Shown here: positions 39,594 to 53,860 of the stretch, in pieces | How the letters are laid out: each line of letters starts with the position of its first letter | Numbering within the stretch: the stretch's first letter is position 1 | DNA from: Octopus sinensis | Taxonomy: Eukaryota | DNA: 64,000 nt | Assembly (NCBI RefSeq): GCF_006345805.1 | Contig: NC_043009.1 | Location: 50,902,001-50,966,000, forward strand | Direction of reading: 5' to 3' | Made by a program: the position numbers and the translations under genes | The notes under the pieces: model-generated | The model's input: only the letters and a program-made list of their open reading frames with translations | What the model was told of the DNA's origin: nothing | Databases searched by the model: none

Positions 39594-39751
39594 ACGACGA
39601 GCATCCTTCAGTTTCTATCTACCAAATCGAGTATTAAGGTCGATCCGGGGCTATAGTAGAAGACACTTGCCCAAAGTGCCACGTAGTAGGACTGAACCCG
39701 GAAGCATGAGGTTGGGAAGCAAGCTTCTTAACATACAACTACGTGTACGCC
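39594..39751 (-). mobile_element. Family B SINE, 5' half
   Basis: agacacttgcccaaagtgccacgtagtaggactgaacccgg...ttgggaagcaagcttctta. Confidence 0.85.
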
Positions 39752-39768
39752 AATAGAAATAGTGAAAT

Positions 39769-39888
39769 GCTTCCAGTACCAAGGTTTCCCGAGCAGCCAC
39801 TTACTAAGTACTAACTAGGCTCGACGTTGTTTAACTTCAGTGATCGAACTGGAACCCAATGCTTTCAACGTGATATGGCTGCTTAAGC
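39769..39888 (-). pseudogene. Diverged 5S rRNA copy
   Basis: Reverse complement gcttaagcagccatatcacgttgaaagc...cgatcactgaagttaaacaacgtcgagcctagttagtactt...gggaaacc...gc aligns over 120 nt with the metazoan 5S consensus as I recall it. The box C region is mutated. Confidence 0.85.
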
Positions 39889-40255
39889 GTGTACGTATGT
39901 ATGTATGTACACACATACACACACAAACACCCGTTGATCGTAATGTACGAGAAAAACTGTACTCAATAAGTGTAAAATATAAAATTGATTCATTCAGATA
40001 ATCTGCTATATACATCGTTTCTTCAACTTCTTGCGCCTGAGCACTGCTTGAGACAAAGAAAGTTCAATATATTAATTTCTGTCGTCTCAAGAAGCGGTGG
40101 CTACGAGCGAGTAGTGTCTGAGTAAAAACATATATGAGATCATAGGAATATATATGGAACCGAATAATTGTCACATATAGTTACAGCGAAATCACCTCTA
40201 TTTACATAATATCGAGGTCTCTTTCATTCTTTTAGTGACTTACCAGTTACTATCA

Positions 40256-40308
<53 letters not shown>

Positions 40309-41500
40309 TATATATATATGATTTATATAACTTACTTGGAGGAAACGAAACGACGCGAGGGCGCTCAGTCATACAATAGTATAATAAGTAAAATATATGC
40401 ATACTACATAAATATATGTACGTACCTACATCTACATGTATATATACATGCATATATAAATATATATACGTGAGTACAGGACACCCACAAATAGACGTAG
40501 AAACTCAACGAGAAACGAAAACGTAAAAACAAACATGGAAAAGGACCTTTTTTTTTAACAAACGGAAAAAAACAGAGTACAAGACAAAACAACACAAAGG
40601 AAAAATCCCTTCATCAGTTGTCCCTAGTACGACTCCATGCGTTTTCGAGGTGAGGACAGAACACGACTCGTCGAACTAGCCCTTCCTGCGAAAGAATTAA
40701 ATAAAATTTTTGCAGAGGGGTAAAAAAAAAAGGAAAGAAAAAATGTGACAAAAAACAGGACGTAAAACGATACAAATAAAATACAAAATAAGATACAAAA
40801 TATAAAAATACAATTACAAAAAAAATACAGTACAAGAAATAAAAACAAACAAGGAAAACAAACAATGAGGGCTTTTTTGGCCTAGACGAGGGAAAGATTT
40901 TTAAGAGCGCAGGAAGGAAAAGCGTGTTCACTGTTAGGAGGATATATATAAATGGCAAGACAACAAAAGAATGAAAGAGACCTCGATATTATGTAAATAG
41001 AGGAATTTATCTGTAAATATATGTGGTGATATCTCTTTTATTTGTTTCATTTATTTCACTGTGGCCATGATGGAGCACCGCCTTTAGTCGAGCAAATCGA
41101 CCCCAGCATTTCCTATTATATATTACTCAGACCTGAAACGTACGTATTAAATCATTTCAAAATATCACTATTTGGTTTGACTTGATAGTTGCAATTTATA
41201 AGACTGATGCCAGGATAGACTAGTTGATCCTGACTCTACTTACGCGAATGCTCTAACAACAATTTGAAGTGATTTGTTATATTTGACTCAAGTAGAAAAT
41301 TCTGGTTCTGTGCATCGCTTCTATGCGTAACATGATATGCGTGTGTGTGTGCGCGTGTGTGTAAATTTTTTTACTATTTTGCCTGGAAGGAAGGGAAGTA
41401 CACATCATTTTTACTTTGTTTCCTTCATGGCCTCAGAGAATGGTGGGAGGATGGAAAGATAATAATCCTCCAGCCGGAGTCCAGGCCAGTATGTTTGGAA

Positions 41501-41713
41501 CGAGCTGGTAGAATCGTTAGCACGCCGGGCGAAATGCTTAGCAGTATTTCGTCTGCGGTTACGTTCTGAGTTCAAATTCCGCCGAGGTCGACTTGGCCTT
41601 TCATCCTTTCGGGGTCGATTAAATCAGTACCAGTTACGCACTGGGGTCAATATAATTGACTTAATCCGTTTGTCCCCTCTGTGTTTAGCCCCTTGTGGGT
41701 AGTAAAGAAATAT
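41501..41713 (+). mobile_element. Family A SINE
   Basis: cgagctggtagaatcgttagcacgccgggcgaaatgc...gtgggtagtaaagaaata. Confidence 0.92.
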
Positions 41714-42361
41714 TAAACTTCGTTAATGATACGCAAGGATTGAGGCGGTGGTGTTAAGCCGAGTGACGTATTAAGTACCCGTACCCAACTCAAAAACACA
41801 AAGTTACAAATACCTAAAGCAAATAGCCCCAAATATCTTGTCTGATTCCCATAATGTAACATCGTCAGCAGGTCCTTTGTTTGCAACAGCTCCGAAAGGA
41901 TGAAAGGAAAAGTTGACCTCAGCGGGATTTGAACCGAAAGCGCAAAGAAGCGGAACAAATATGGCAAAGTATTTTGTTGTACGATCTAACGCCTCTGCTA
42001 ATTCACCGCCCGAATTTGTGTGTGCGCGCGCTTGTATCAGCGTGTACGTATGTTATACACGTATAGGGATAAATACAGGTTGTGCAGTCACCCGTGTAAG
42101 TTTACCCACCTACACTGAATTATATTTTCGGTAACCTATAATATTAAGTGATATGTTTGCTCACATACCGATCTCATGAACTCTTCACATCACTGAGTAA
42201 ACATCTCCGTCCACCGACTACCACCACTCTGCAGCCACCACCACCACCCACAAAAATCTCCTCCGTCACCACCACCACCACCACCACCACCACCACCACC
42301 ACCACCACCACCACCACCACCACCACCACCACCACCACCACCACCACCACCACCACCAAAA

Positions 42362-42461
42362 NNNNNNNNNNNNNNNNNNNNNNNNNNNNNNNNNNNNNNN
42401 NNNNNNNNNNNNNNNNNNNNNNNNNNNNNNNNNNNNNNNNNNNNNNNNNNNNNNNNNNNNN
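42362..42461. other. Assembly gap (100 N) after a (CAC)n tract
   Basis: Run of N. Contiguity across it is not guaranteed. Confidence 1.
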
Positions 42462-42477
42462 TGGTGGCTGAAGAGAC

Positions 42478-42710
42478 TAGTCGATTTACCATCTAGTCGG
42501 TTCCATTGCTCGACTGGTCCTTATTTCATCGTCTACGAAAGGATGGAAGGCTAAGTCGACCTCGGCGGAATTTGGATTCAGAACGTACAGGCTGGCGAAA
42601 TGCCGTTTAAACCTTTTGTCTGATGCGGTAACGAATCTGCCAGCTCGCCGTTTCGATGATGATGATGATGATGATGATGATGATAATAATAATAATAATA
42701 ATAAATAATA

Positions 42711-42742
<32 letters not shown>

Positions 42743-42921
42743 AATATAACAATAATAGTAATAATAATAATAAAATAATAATATAATAATAATAATAATA
42801 ATAATATAATAATAATAATGATGATGATGATGATGATGATAATAATAATAACAATAATAGTAATAATAATAATAGAAATAATAATAATAATAAAATAATA
42901 ATAATAATAATAATAATAATG

Positions 42922-43009
<88 letters not shown>

Positions 43010-43255
43010 TGATGATGATGATGAAGATGATGATGATAATGATAATAAGCCTTCCTACTAAATGCATAAGGCCTGAAATTTTGGAAGGAGTGGGCTATCG
43101 ATCACATCGACTCCAGCGCTCGACTGCTATATTCCATCGACCCCCGAAAAGATGAAAAGCAATGACGGCCTCGGAGGTATTTGAACACAGAACGAAAAGA
43201 CGAACGAAATACCGTTAAGCATTTTGTCCGACGGGCTAACGACTCTGCCAGCTCA
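42478..43255 (-). mobile_element. Two family A SINE copies (42478-42651, 43066-43255) flanking an (AAT/GAT)n tract
   Basis: Each has gtcgacctcggcggaattt or its variant and the ctgccagctc head. Confidence 0.8.
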
Positions 43256-43598
43256 ATGATGATGATAATGACGACGACAACTATGCTGCTGCTGCTGCTG
43301 CTGATGGCTTCAAATGTTGGTACAAAGTCCACTGAGAGGAGGTTTGTCGATTACATCAATGCCAGTACTTGAGGGGTACTTTATTTCATGTACTCGAAAG
43401 TATGTAATATAAAATTAAGCTTGGTAGTATTTCGAACTCAAACCAATAAAGAAATGTCGTTAGCATTTTCTCTTTCGATCGCCGACGGCGGTATTGATGT
43501 ACACTATGGTGAAAATGCTTATAAAATGTGTGTTTCGCAGCACACATAAGCAAAAGGCCTGAAATTAAATCGACCTTAGTACTTTATTTTATGGAGCT

Positions 43599-43687
43599 CC
43601 TTGAGTAGATGTCTTCTACTATAGCCTCGGGCCGACCAAAGCCTTGTGAGTGGATTTGGTAGACAGAAACTGAAAGAAGCCCGTCGT

Positions 43688-43759
<72 letters not shown>

Positions 43760-43980
43760 TGTGTGCGCGCGTATATGTTTGCGCGTATGCGTTTGTCCCC
43801 CACAACCATCGCTTGCTAGTGTGTGTTTATATCCCCGTAACTTAGCGGTTCGGCAAAAAATATCGATAGAATAAGTACGAGGCTTACAAAGAATAAGTCT
43901 TGGTGTGGATTTGTTCGATTAAAGGCGGTGCCCCAGCATGGCCGCAGTCAAATGACCGAAACAAGTAAAAGAGTAAGAGA
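43599..43980 (+). mobile_element. Family B SINE lacking its head
   Basis: gtcttctactatagcctcgggccgaccaaagccttgtgagtggatttgg...gaaacaagtaaaagag. Confidence 0.9.
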
Positions 43981-44057
43981 TGAAAGGCAATGCTGACTTC
44001 AGCAGGATTTGAACCCAGAACGTAAAGAACCGGGACTAATTTATCGCTGTATATTAT

Positions 44058-44104
<47 letters not shown>

Positions 44105-45086
44105 TTTATTAGTTTTTTCTCTGTCGAAATTGAAGCTGATATACTGCATATCATTTTGGCTGAAATCGTTTCTACAAGAAAAATTATGACTGCGGAACAA
44201 CCGGTACATTCACTTCCAGGCAAGGTGCCATTTTGAATGTGTACGTATGTCTACCATCTGTCTCTTTCTTTCTTTCTTTCTTTCTTTCTTTTTCTTTCTT
44301 TCTTTCTCCCCTTCTCTCTTTCTCTCTATCTCTCTCTTTTTATTTAACTCTCTTCTAGTTCCTCCATCCTCTCTATCGTTCTGCTTTCTCTTGTTCTCAT
44401 TCCTCTTTTATTTCTTCTTTCTATCCCTCCATCCACCCTCCTCTCTCTCTCTCTCTCTCATTTTCTCTCTTTCTATGTATCTCCCTCTTTCCCTCTCTCT
44501 TCCCCACTCCTACCCTTCCACCTGAATATCTATGTAAGTGATTATTAGTTTGTCACTGAATCTATTTCAACTTCAAAATTAGGTACATGCCAACTTTTGA
44601 TTTACTGTACCTCGTATCGTCCTTCTCTTCCCCACCGTCTTCCCCTTCATCATCATCGTCGTCGTCGTCATCGTCGTCATCATCATCAGTATCATCATCA
44701 CATCATTAATTTCATCATTATCATTATAATCGTCTATGTATCGACCTTCATTTACCGCATCCTTGTTTTCCGGTGAGAATATAACACACACACACACACC
44801 ACACACACACACACACACATACACATACATATACATACGCACCATACATAATACATACATACATACATACATACATACATACATACATACATACAAATAT
44901 ATGCAAATATACATATGTACAGTCATAACTGAGTTGTTTACAAGCTTACATCCTTAGCACGTGGCCGTAGTTTCAATCCCATTGCGTAGTGCATCAGGCA
45001 AGTGTTTGCTGTAGCCCCGGGACAACCAAAGTCTTGTGAGTAGATCTGATACACGTTAACTCATTGAAGTCTGTCGAATGAATATA

Positions 45087-45139
<53 letters not shown>

Positions 45140-45646
45140 ATATAATATATCCGAAATTAAACCGAAAATAGCCAACACTCCATATAATAAACAATGATAA
45201 AAGAATATTTATGACATGTATCGATTAAAACAGTTTAATTCAGATTCGTTGATACTCTTGAGTTTCAAGTGTGATGCTAGTCGTCAGCCATTTTAAATTT
45301 GAATGACAGAAGTTGATTGTTATTACCGTAAGATGGGCAGTGATTGGTGCATTATCATTACTTGGAAAATACCGCGTGGCGAAGAAGTAATTGTTCAACA
45401 TTGTGTGACCTTCTTTGACCAATCGATCAACTAGTATACCTGATCAACTGGTTTTGTGAAATGCACCCAACAGAGTACTTTAAGTATAGCAGTGCTGAAT
45501 ATTTTATTTCTAATTAGGTTATTCAATAGATGTTTAAGCCTTTGGTTATTACACTTCTATTGAAATATACTAACTTTGCTTTAATTAATTTTGGAAATAA
45601 TTAAGAATTTAATAAAATAACCTTGGCATTAATAAGCTGCTGTTTG

Positions 45647-45851
45647 AAGGCGGCGAGCTGGCAGAATCGATAGCACCCCGGGCGAAATGTTTAGCGCTAC
45701 GTTCTGAGTTCAAATTCCGCCGGGGTTGACTTTGCCTTTCACTCTTTCGGGGTCGATTAAATAAGTACCATTTTAACACTGGTGTCGATGTAATACATCC
45801 CCCCCCCCAAAAAAAAAAGCAAATTCAGGTCTTGTTCCTATAGTAGAAAAG
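45647..45851 (+). mobile_element. Family A SINE with probable TSD
   Basis: aaggcggcgagctggcagaatcg head; flanks ctgctgtttg and ctggtgtttg. Confidence 0.88.
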
Positions 45852-46550
45852 TCTAAACTGGTGTTTGGAAAATAAATCAAGACGAAATTTTGATGAAAGT
45901 ATTTAATTTATTGTTATATTTGGAGAAGGTCATATTTTTACCAATTAAACACACGCACTGTCTAATTGTTCTTCACTTCAGCTTTATAATTATTCTTATG
46001 TTAATCTCCTTTTCCTGACACCTTTCGTCACACACCCTGTGACCTCTTCACCCACTCTCCATCCTACGCGTATCCTTTAGATCACTAAAAAAAAACTGAA
46101 AGTTTGTATCATGGAACCGGAAGCGATCTGAAGCCGTTTGGTATTAAATGGGTCAAACGAAAGCGCTAAATATCGTAAACATGCAAATTCTAATTAAGTT
46201 TACGTAGAACAGAAGTAGAAATTTAATACGAATTACAATTACGTCCTAAATCTTAAACACTGTGGACCCAGAAAGAACGTCATTAAAATCCTTGTGCATT
46301 CGAACCCTCCATTCTATGCAGAACCGATTGAACCCTTATGCTCATCGGTGGATTGGGTATTGGTGTTGGTTGCATGATATCATTGTATTGTACCGATCCT
46401 TAATTATATGACTACACACACTATATTATTATTATTATTATTATTATATTATTATTATTATTATTATTATTATTATCATTATTATTTTTATTATTATTAT
46501 TAATATTATCATTATTATTTTTATTATTATTATTATTATCATTATTATTA

Positions 46551-46606
<56 letters not shown>

Positions 46607-47408
46607 GCTACTACTACTACTACTACTACTACTACTCTACTACTACTACTACTACCATTATTTTCGTTCTTATTATTTTCGTTCTTCTTCTTCTTCACCA
46701 CCACCTCTACCACGATCATTATCATCATCATCATCATCATCATCATCATCGTCGTCATCACCATCATCATCACCCTCACCATCATCGTTGTGGTTGAGGT
46801 CGCCGTGGTGGTCGTCGTGGTTGTTGTAGTTGTCACCGTCGTCGTTGACGTCTTCGTCGTTATCGCATCTATGTCCCTCCCTTCCTCCCTCATCTCTTCT
46901 ACCTCAACCTCGTTCTCCCCTTTACCCGCCCCCCCCCACCTCTTCCTCTTTCCCCCCACTCTTCTACAGCATCGCCGTCGCCATAGCCATCATTGCCAAC
47001 ACCACCATCTCACACATGCAAAAACCCGGCTTCTCGTTGTATATTTGACAATGCAGATTTCATTTGTTTCTCAGCTGATGAAATGTTGTGTCCCGATAAC
47101 ATTGGTAAATATTACCCATTCACAGATATGGTAATTACAAGGAATTATACAGGTTAATGCAATAGATAGGCTTACTTTATATAAGTAATGTTAAGGTAGT
47201 GTATTTTGAACCTCGTTAATTACCCTACAGTAATTGCAGTTCTGTTTCGATAATGGATTTCGGAAATCCGTAAGCTAACCTAATATTTGGGCGGATTATA
47301 TAGGAGAACTGATATTAAAAAGGTTTAATTTATTCCCTTGTTGTAGCATGTATAAACAAGATAATAATCACTCCACTGAAGTTAATCTCTTACCTGCCGA
47401 AAACAAGC

Positions 47409-47537
<129 letters not shown>

Positions 47538-47548
47538 CATCTATCTAC

Positions 47549-47613
<65 letters not shown>

Positions 47614-47689
47614 ATTATATATACACAAACACATACATAAATACATACATACATACGTATTTACGTACGTACGTATGCAAATACCGTTA

Positions 47690-48400
47690 CTAGAGTTGCT
47701 CTTAACTATCATATTAATGTAATCTACATACTTGCCGTAGAGTAGAAGAGTTGTACACTGTAATGCTAAGGATTGCTCAAGTTTTCTGTCCCACCAGGTC
47801 ATGAAAAGGCCTGCCACATTTCCATCTACACCGAACGAATGGCTGCACCTTGAACTTGCATGTATAGTTTCTTGATAAACTTTACAATGTGGTTCTTCGA
47901 AGTGGTTCATACATTGGCCCCTATTGCATGTGCAATCAATTCTTTCACCTGATTGTTGTTGTCAGGGTCTTGGGTGGATACTGTCCAGCCACTCCAGGGG
48001 TCTTTGGTGCTTTTCTTCATAGCTGAGGTGATGGTGTGTGGTCTTCCCCTCTGTGACCAGGTGGGGTCGTCTAAATAGTCATTGCTGTAGCTTAGTTTAG
48101 GTAGGAGGCCTAGTTCCCTTGTGTTGACCTCACGGAACTCTACTTCACTCTCACAGATTATCTTGAAGTATTTCTCCGCAGCAAAATCTGTCTATAGATG
48201 GGTAGAGTGAAATCACATCCGTACTATCCACTGCACAACCTGTGAGGTCGTTGGAGTGGTTGCAAGTAACAATTTTACAGAGGAGATCTCCCGTTCCCAT
48301 ACAGACATCTAGGAGCCTTTCTATGAGAGGTCATAACACCTGTGAGAGGATGTAGGACAGTCTATAGTCTCTGGAGATATTCGCTCCGCAAACCGTGTTA
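47690..48400 (-). mobile_element. Penelope-like element reverse transcriptase fragment (decayed)
   Basis: Minus-strand motifs across frames: STDVISLYPSI (near 48200), KLYMQVQGAAI, GNVAGLFMTWWDRKL and YGKYVDYI (near 47725, a YVDD equivalent). Confidence 0.8.
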
Positions 48401-48515
48401 AATTTTAAGGCACTAAAAGAGAATGTCTCTACCCAGACACAACAGAATATGCTTCAACACACGAACTTGCATGAAGAATCTTGCAAACCAAATACAAAAG
48501 CGAAATTAATAATAT

Positions 48516-48553
<38 letters not shown>

Positions 48554-48629
48554 ATAAATATTAGGGAATAATCCAAATTTACAGGGAAAAAATCAGATTT
48601 AGGATTAAATCGATTTTATAGTAAAATAT

Positions 48630-48788
48630 TATAAAATATATTCGAGACAAAACCACTATTTTGCAAAACAAACAAGGAAAGACTTAATCAATACATAAAT
48701 TTTATAAATAGTGACTATTTATTAAAATTTATGTATTGATTAAGTCTTTCCTTGTTTGTTTTGCAAAATAGTGGTTTTGTCTCGAATA

Positions 48789-48797
<9 letters not shown>
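48630..48797. repeat. Near-perfect palindrome, ~84-bp arms, 1-nt loop
   Basis: attcgagacaaaaccactattttgcaaaacaaacaaggaaagacttaatcaatacataaatttt(a)taaatagt-G(48713)-actatttatt..., mirrored out to ctcgaat. Confidence 0.92.
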
Positions 48798-48863
<66 letters not shown>

Positions 48864-49568
48864 AGGCGTGCAGTTTGACAAATTATATTTTATGACGGAT
48901 CCCACTGATGATCTGCAGATTATTGTGGAAGTAAAATTGCATAATTTATGCTTCAGGATTTGTTTGCATATGAAATTAATCCATAGGCGCACTTCGTAAG
49001 TACAGTATGCATAATCAATCTGAATAGTTCCTTAGACACACGACAATTACATATATAAATACCTGTAAAAGTCACTCCTCCATGGCACCGTGGGACTGAT
49101 TCCGAAACTACGTGGTTTCTTAACCATACAGCCATGCTAGCAACAATGTTTGCTATTATATTTCTCTTTTTAACTTTAGCATGTGTTTCAAAATTAAATT
49201 CAATATTTTCAACTAATCTCTATTACGCATTCACAGACAAACATGCGATGTTTACTTGTTAATGAACCCCGTAACTTAAGAGTTCGGCAAAAGAGATCGA
49301 TTGAATAAGTACCAGTATTTAAAAAAAAACAAGTACTGGGGTCGATTTGTTCGACGAAATCTTCAAGCTTGGCTACAGTTCAATGAGTTTATGTGTATGT
49401 GCGTATATATGATATATATATATATATATATATATACCACACACACACACATATATATATATATATAGTTAATCCAAACATGAAAACACAAAGAGAAAAC
49501 ACAACAACGCGACAATGTGGAACAAATATAGTATTATTGGACGCTCAGGAAAGAAGGGAAGAAGGAGG

Positions 49569-49603
49569 GTTTAACGTTTCGAGCGGAGCTCTTCGTCGGA
49601 AAC
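49569..49603 (-). ncRNA. Minimal hammerhead-like motif (family Z)
   Basis: GTTT-CCGACGA-A-GAGC(TCC)GCTC-GAAA-CG-TT-AAAC: 4-bp stem I, U4C core, one extra nucleotide after A9, ACGT palindromic stem III, GUU triplet. Confidence 0.5.
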
Positions 49604-49780
49604 ATAGGAGAAGGGAAGACAGAGGAAAAAAAAATCGCCAACGGTACACACGTGGTCACATACATACATATAATAGATTATTTGAGCTTTGAGTATATGT
49701 CTCTTATATGTCGACACAATAAGGATCCGTACCTAATCCATTTTAATATATATCTATATAATGATAGATATAATATATAT

Positions 49781-49841
<61 letters not shown>

Positions 49842-51099
49842 TATGTGTGTGTGTGTGCGTATATATAACATACATACATACATACACACACACCTATCTA
49901 TCTATATGTATAGATACACTCACATACATATACTCTATTGAGTTTCCTTCAGATATTGGCTTATGTTCTGAAATTTCATTTCAAAAAATCAAATTCTATA
50001 ATTCTAAACCTCGTAATCCAAAACAGATAAACTTAAACAAAAAAGAAAACATTATATCACCGTGTTGACAGTAATACTGATGGTGATTATGATAATAATG
50101 TTGGTGATGATCCCGATGGGTGGTGATGGCGATCATATCGGTGGGGCGTAATGACGGATGTAGCAGCGGATAAGATTCTAATGATGATGAGGATGATGAT
50201 GATCATGATCATGATGATGATAATGATGATGGTGATGATGATGATGATGATGATGATGATGAGATGATGATGATGTGATGATGATGAAGATGATGGTGAA
50301 GATGAATGAGATGATGGTGATGATGATCATGGTGGTGGTGAAGATGACCGCATTGCTGAGACTGGTGGAAATTACGATGGTGATGAAAATGAGAGTGATT
50401 ATGATGATGATGATGATGTTGGTGATGATGATGATGATGATGATATAAGAATAAGATGAAAGGTAATTTGTTTGGGAAGAATTCTTAGAAAATTACTGCT
50501 ATTCAATATGGGTGGGATTTTGCAAGGGGTCATTGGATGTTTCATAGCGAGGACTTCTGACTTAAACAGCACCGAATTGGTGCCGCATTGTTTGCCCCTT
50601 GCTATGTACTCTGCTGAGATGCATCTGAAAAGCACCGTTCTTTTCTCCACTGCTTCGACTGCCTCTAACGGAATAGTTTGGATGGTCAATGTTTGTTCTT
50701 ACTTAATAAGTTTCCATGCCTGGGCCAACATTTAATCTCTCTTGTGGGGTCCACGATGAAGCGTTGAATTTTTTTCGCAGCTGCTTCAGCGAACGCGTTC
50801 TTGTACTGTTGGTAATGTTCTCGTTGTTGTTGTTGCTGCTGTTGCTGCTGCTGCTGTTACTGTTGTTGATATTGTTGTTGTTGTTGTTGGGGATAGTTTT
50901 GTTGCTGCTGTTACTTTTGCTATTGTGTTGCTGTGTTGCCATCGCTGCTGCCGCTGCTGTTGCTGGATTTTTGTTGTTGTTGTTGTTGTTGCTACCACTA
51001 CTACAATTGCTGCTGCTGTTATCACTGCAATTGGTGTTGCTGTTACTACTACCACTGCTGTTACTACGAAGTTGACTTTAGGAATTACAACCGTGTTTC

Positions 51100-51530
51100 G
51101 TGGTCTGCTACCACAACAGCTCCTTTATAGGATCCAGTTAGCTCAAGACATCATCAGGAGGAATCACGCCCGGTTTCGGCCCCTACTCCTCTACCGTTTT
51201 GACGTGGCGGGCCCTTTCGGAGGTGTCTTCAGCTCTGGTGTTGGGTGCATGTCTTCTTTCTTCTGTTCCCTCGCCTCTTCGATGTATCGTCAGCGAGTGT
51301 CAGCCGGTGACTGACTGTCTTGTCAAATTTCTCCGTTCCACTCTCGTTTGACTGACTGTCTTGTCAAATTTCTCCGTTCCACTCTCGTTTTTCTCCTCCC
51401 CTTCACCTGTATTGTTGCCAGTAACAGAAACAAGGGAGGGAAATCTTCAGTAGTCATCAGATTTGTGGGAGGAGCAGTTTTCTTTATTCTCAAATCTTTC
51501 AAGACGCGCTCTGCTATGTTGTTGAGTTGT
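51100..51530 (-). mobile_element. Possible LINE ORF1-like fragment with a 41-bp tandem duplication
   Basis: A GC-richer island among microsatellites. The minus frame reads RVLKDLRIKKTAPPTNLMTTEDFPPL. 51309-51349 is repeated exactly at 51350-51390. Confidence 0.3.
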
Positions 51531-51771
51531 GTTTGATTATATTAAATTAAACCCCCGCCGTACTTATTTGGTGGACCGAATATACCCCCTCGAGGAGAGG
51601 CTAAACAACCATAGAAAACTAGTAACAGGTTCCTCGTGATTCTATTGACAACTTGGAATAAAATAAATAATGCGAAACAAAAAGCACCAAACCGGTGTAA
51701 ATATATGTTTTAAGCTGCACCAACCAGGGCCGTTTGAAAACACATGTATACCGAAGTGAATAATAATAATG

Positions 51772-51819
<48 letters not shown>

Positions 51820-52451
51820 GCAATAATAATAACAATAATAATAATAATATAATTTATTATGATTGTGATGATAATGACGACAACGACAACGACAACAACA
51901 ACAACAACAAAACAATGATGATGATGATGATGATGATGATGATGGTAATCAATGTACTTCAAATAATCGTACTTTTATTTCCTATTCTAGTTCCCATAGA
52001 AGATTTCCTAGATGTCTGAATGAAAGGTCTTTTTGGTTATACTTTAATTTTTATTCATTCGCTAACACATGCATACGCACATATCTACATACAAACAGAC
52101 AAAACATCTCTCTCTCTCTCTCCCTCTCTGTATACATATATATGTGCGTGTGTGTGTGTGTGTGTATGTACATATATATATAAATGCGTGTGTATACATA
52201 CATGCATATATACATATATAGTTAGATATACATCCACACAAACACACACACATATATAGTATATCCATGCATACACAGAGGTATGTATGTATATATATAA
52301 ATTTGCATATGTATATATATATATATATATAATATATATATATATATATGATTACAACTTTTGTTTTGGGGTCCTTTCAAACGGTGGAAAAGAATATCAA
52401 AAGTTTACAAAATTTTTTAAATATTATTATGACTACAGTTGTTGTTGTTGA

Positions 52452-52520
<69 letters not shown>

Positions 52521-52657
52521 TTTTATTATTAATCATTAATATTATTATTATTGTTATTATTATTATTATTATTATTATCATTATTATTATTATTATTATT
52601 ATTATTTTATTATTATTATTATTATCATCATCATCATCATCATCATCATCATTATCA

Positions 52658-52708
<51 letters not shown>

Positions 52709-52730
52709 CATCATCATCATCATCATCATC

Positions 52731-52784
<54 letters not shown>

Positions 52785-53226
52785 GAGTTTTCATAAAACG
52801 TAAATAATTTTTCTGTTTTCTTTTTCTGTTTTCTGTTTTCTCTTTCTTTTTTTTTTTTCTCTTGTTTTGCTTTCATTCAATAAAAATATACACACAAAGA
52901 GCACACACATACGTATTTGAACACTTACTGTAATTCTCGTCTTATGGAAAAGAAGAAGAAGATTGAAGGCGGAACAAAAACGCGATTAAAAATTGTAAGA
53001 CTAAGGTCGATGGAAAAGAAGGAAGGAAGGTAGGAGGGAAGAAAGGAAGGACCGAGATTTGATTGATTGAAGAGTTTCTTTTGATTTTTTGTTCATGTTA
53101 ATGTTGATTGTGCCATGGCTTTTGACGTTGTTTTTGTTGCATTTATTGTTATTTAAGACGGAGAGATTTTCAACAAATTCTGAGATTAATATATATATAT
53201 ATATATTATATATATATATATGGGTG

Positions 53227-53260
<34 letters not shown>

Positions 53261-53607
53261 GTACGTATATATACATTATATGTAGGTATAATTCATACTT
53301 ACATAAAGGCACTTTCACATTCTTAAATTTGCCACACACACATATATTCTCACCACACGCACACATACACAGAACACACACACATGCACACACATACATC
53401 CACGCATATATGTATATATATATATAAAATGTGTATATGTATGTACATATGTATGCGCATACACATATATATTCATATATAATTTCATATATAATATATA
53501 TTTATTACATTATATATATATATATACATATATACATATATACATTCATACATATATACATATATACATACTTACATACATACATACATACATACACACA
53601 CACATAC

Positions 53608-53664
<57 letters not shown>

Positions 53665-53860
53665 TTGTTTCTTTCTGTGGAGGAGCGTAGGCTAGAAACG
53701 TTAAAGACTTTTTCACTTTCCGGCGTTAAACTAATACATCTGTTTGTTGTCTACACCACCTGTCTTCGTCTTTTGTTTTTTGTGAATTCTCACCTATGAT
53801 ATATATATAATATATATATATCTATATATATATATATATATTATATAATATATATATATA

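Noticed and set aside
46120-46175. CTGAAGC-cgtttg...caaac-GAAA-GCGC-TA motif
   Set aside because: A9 is C, stem I is essentially absent, and G12 would be absorbed into stem II.
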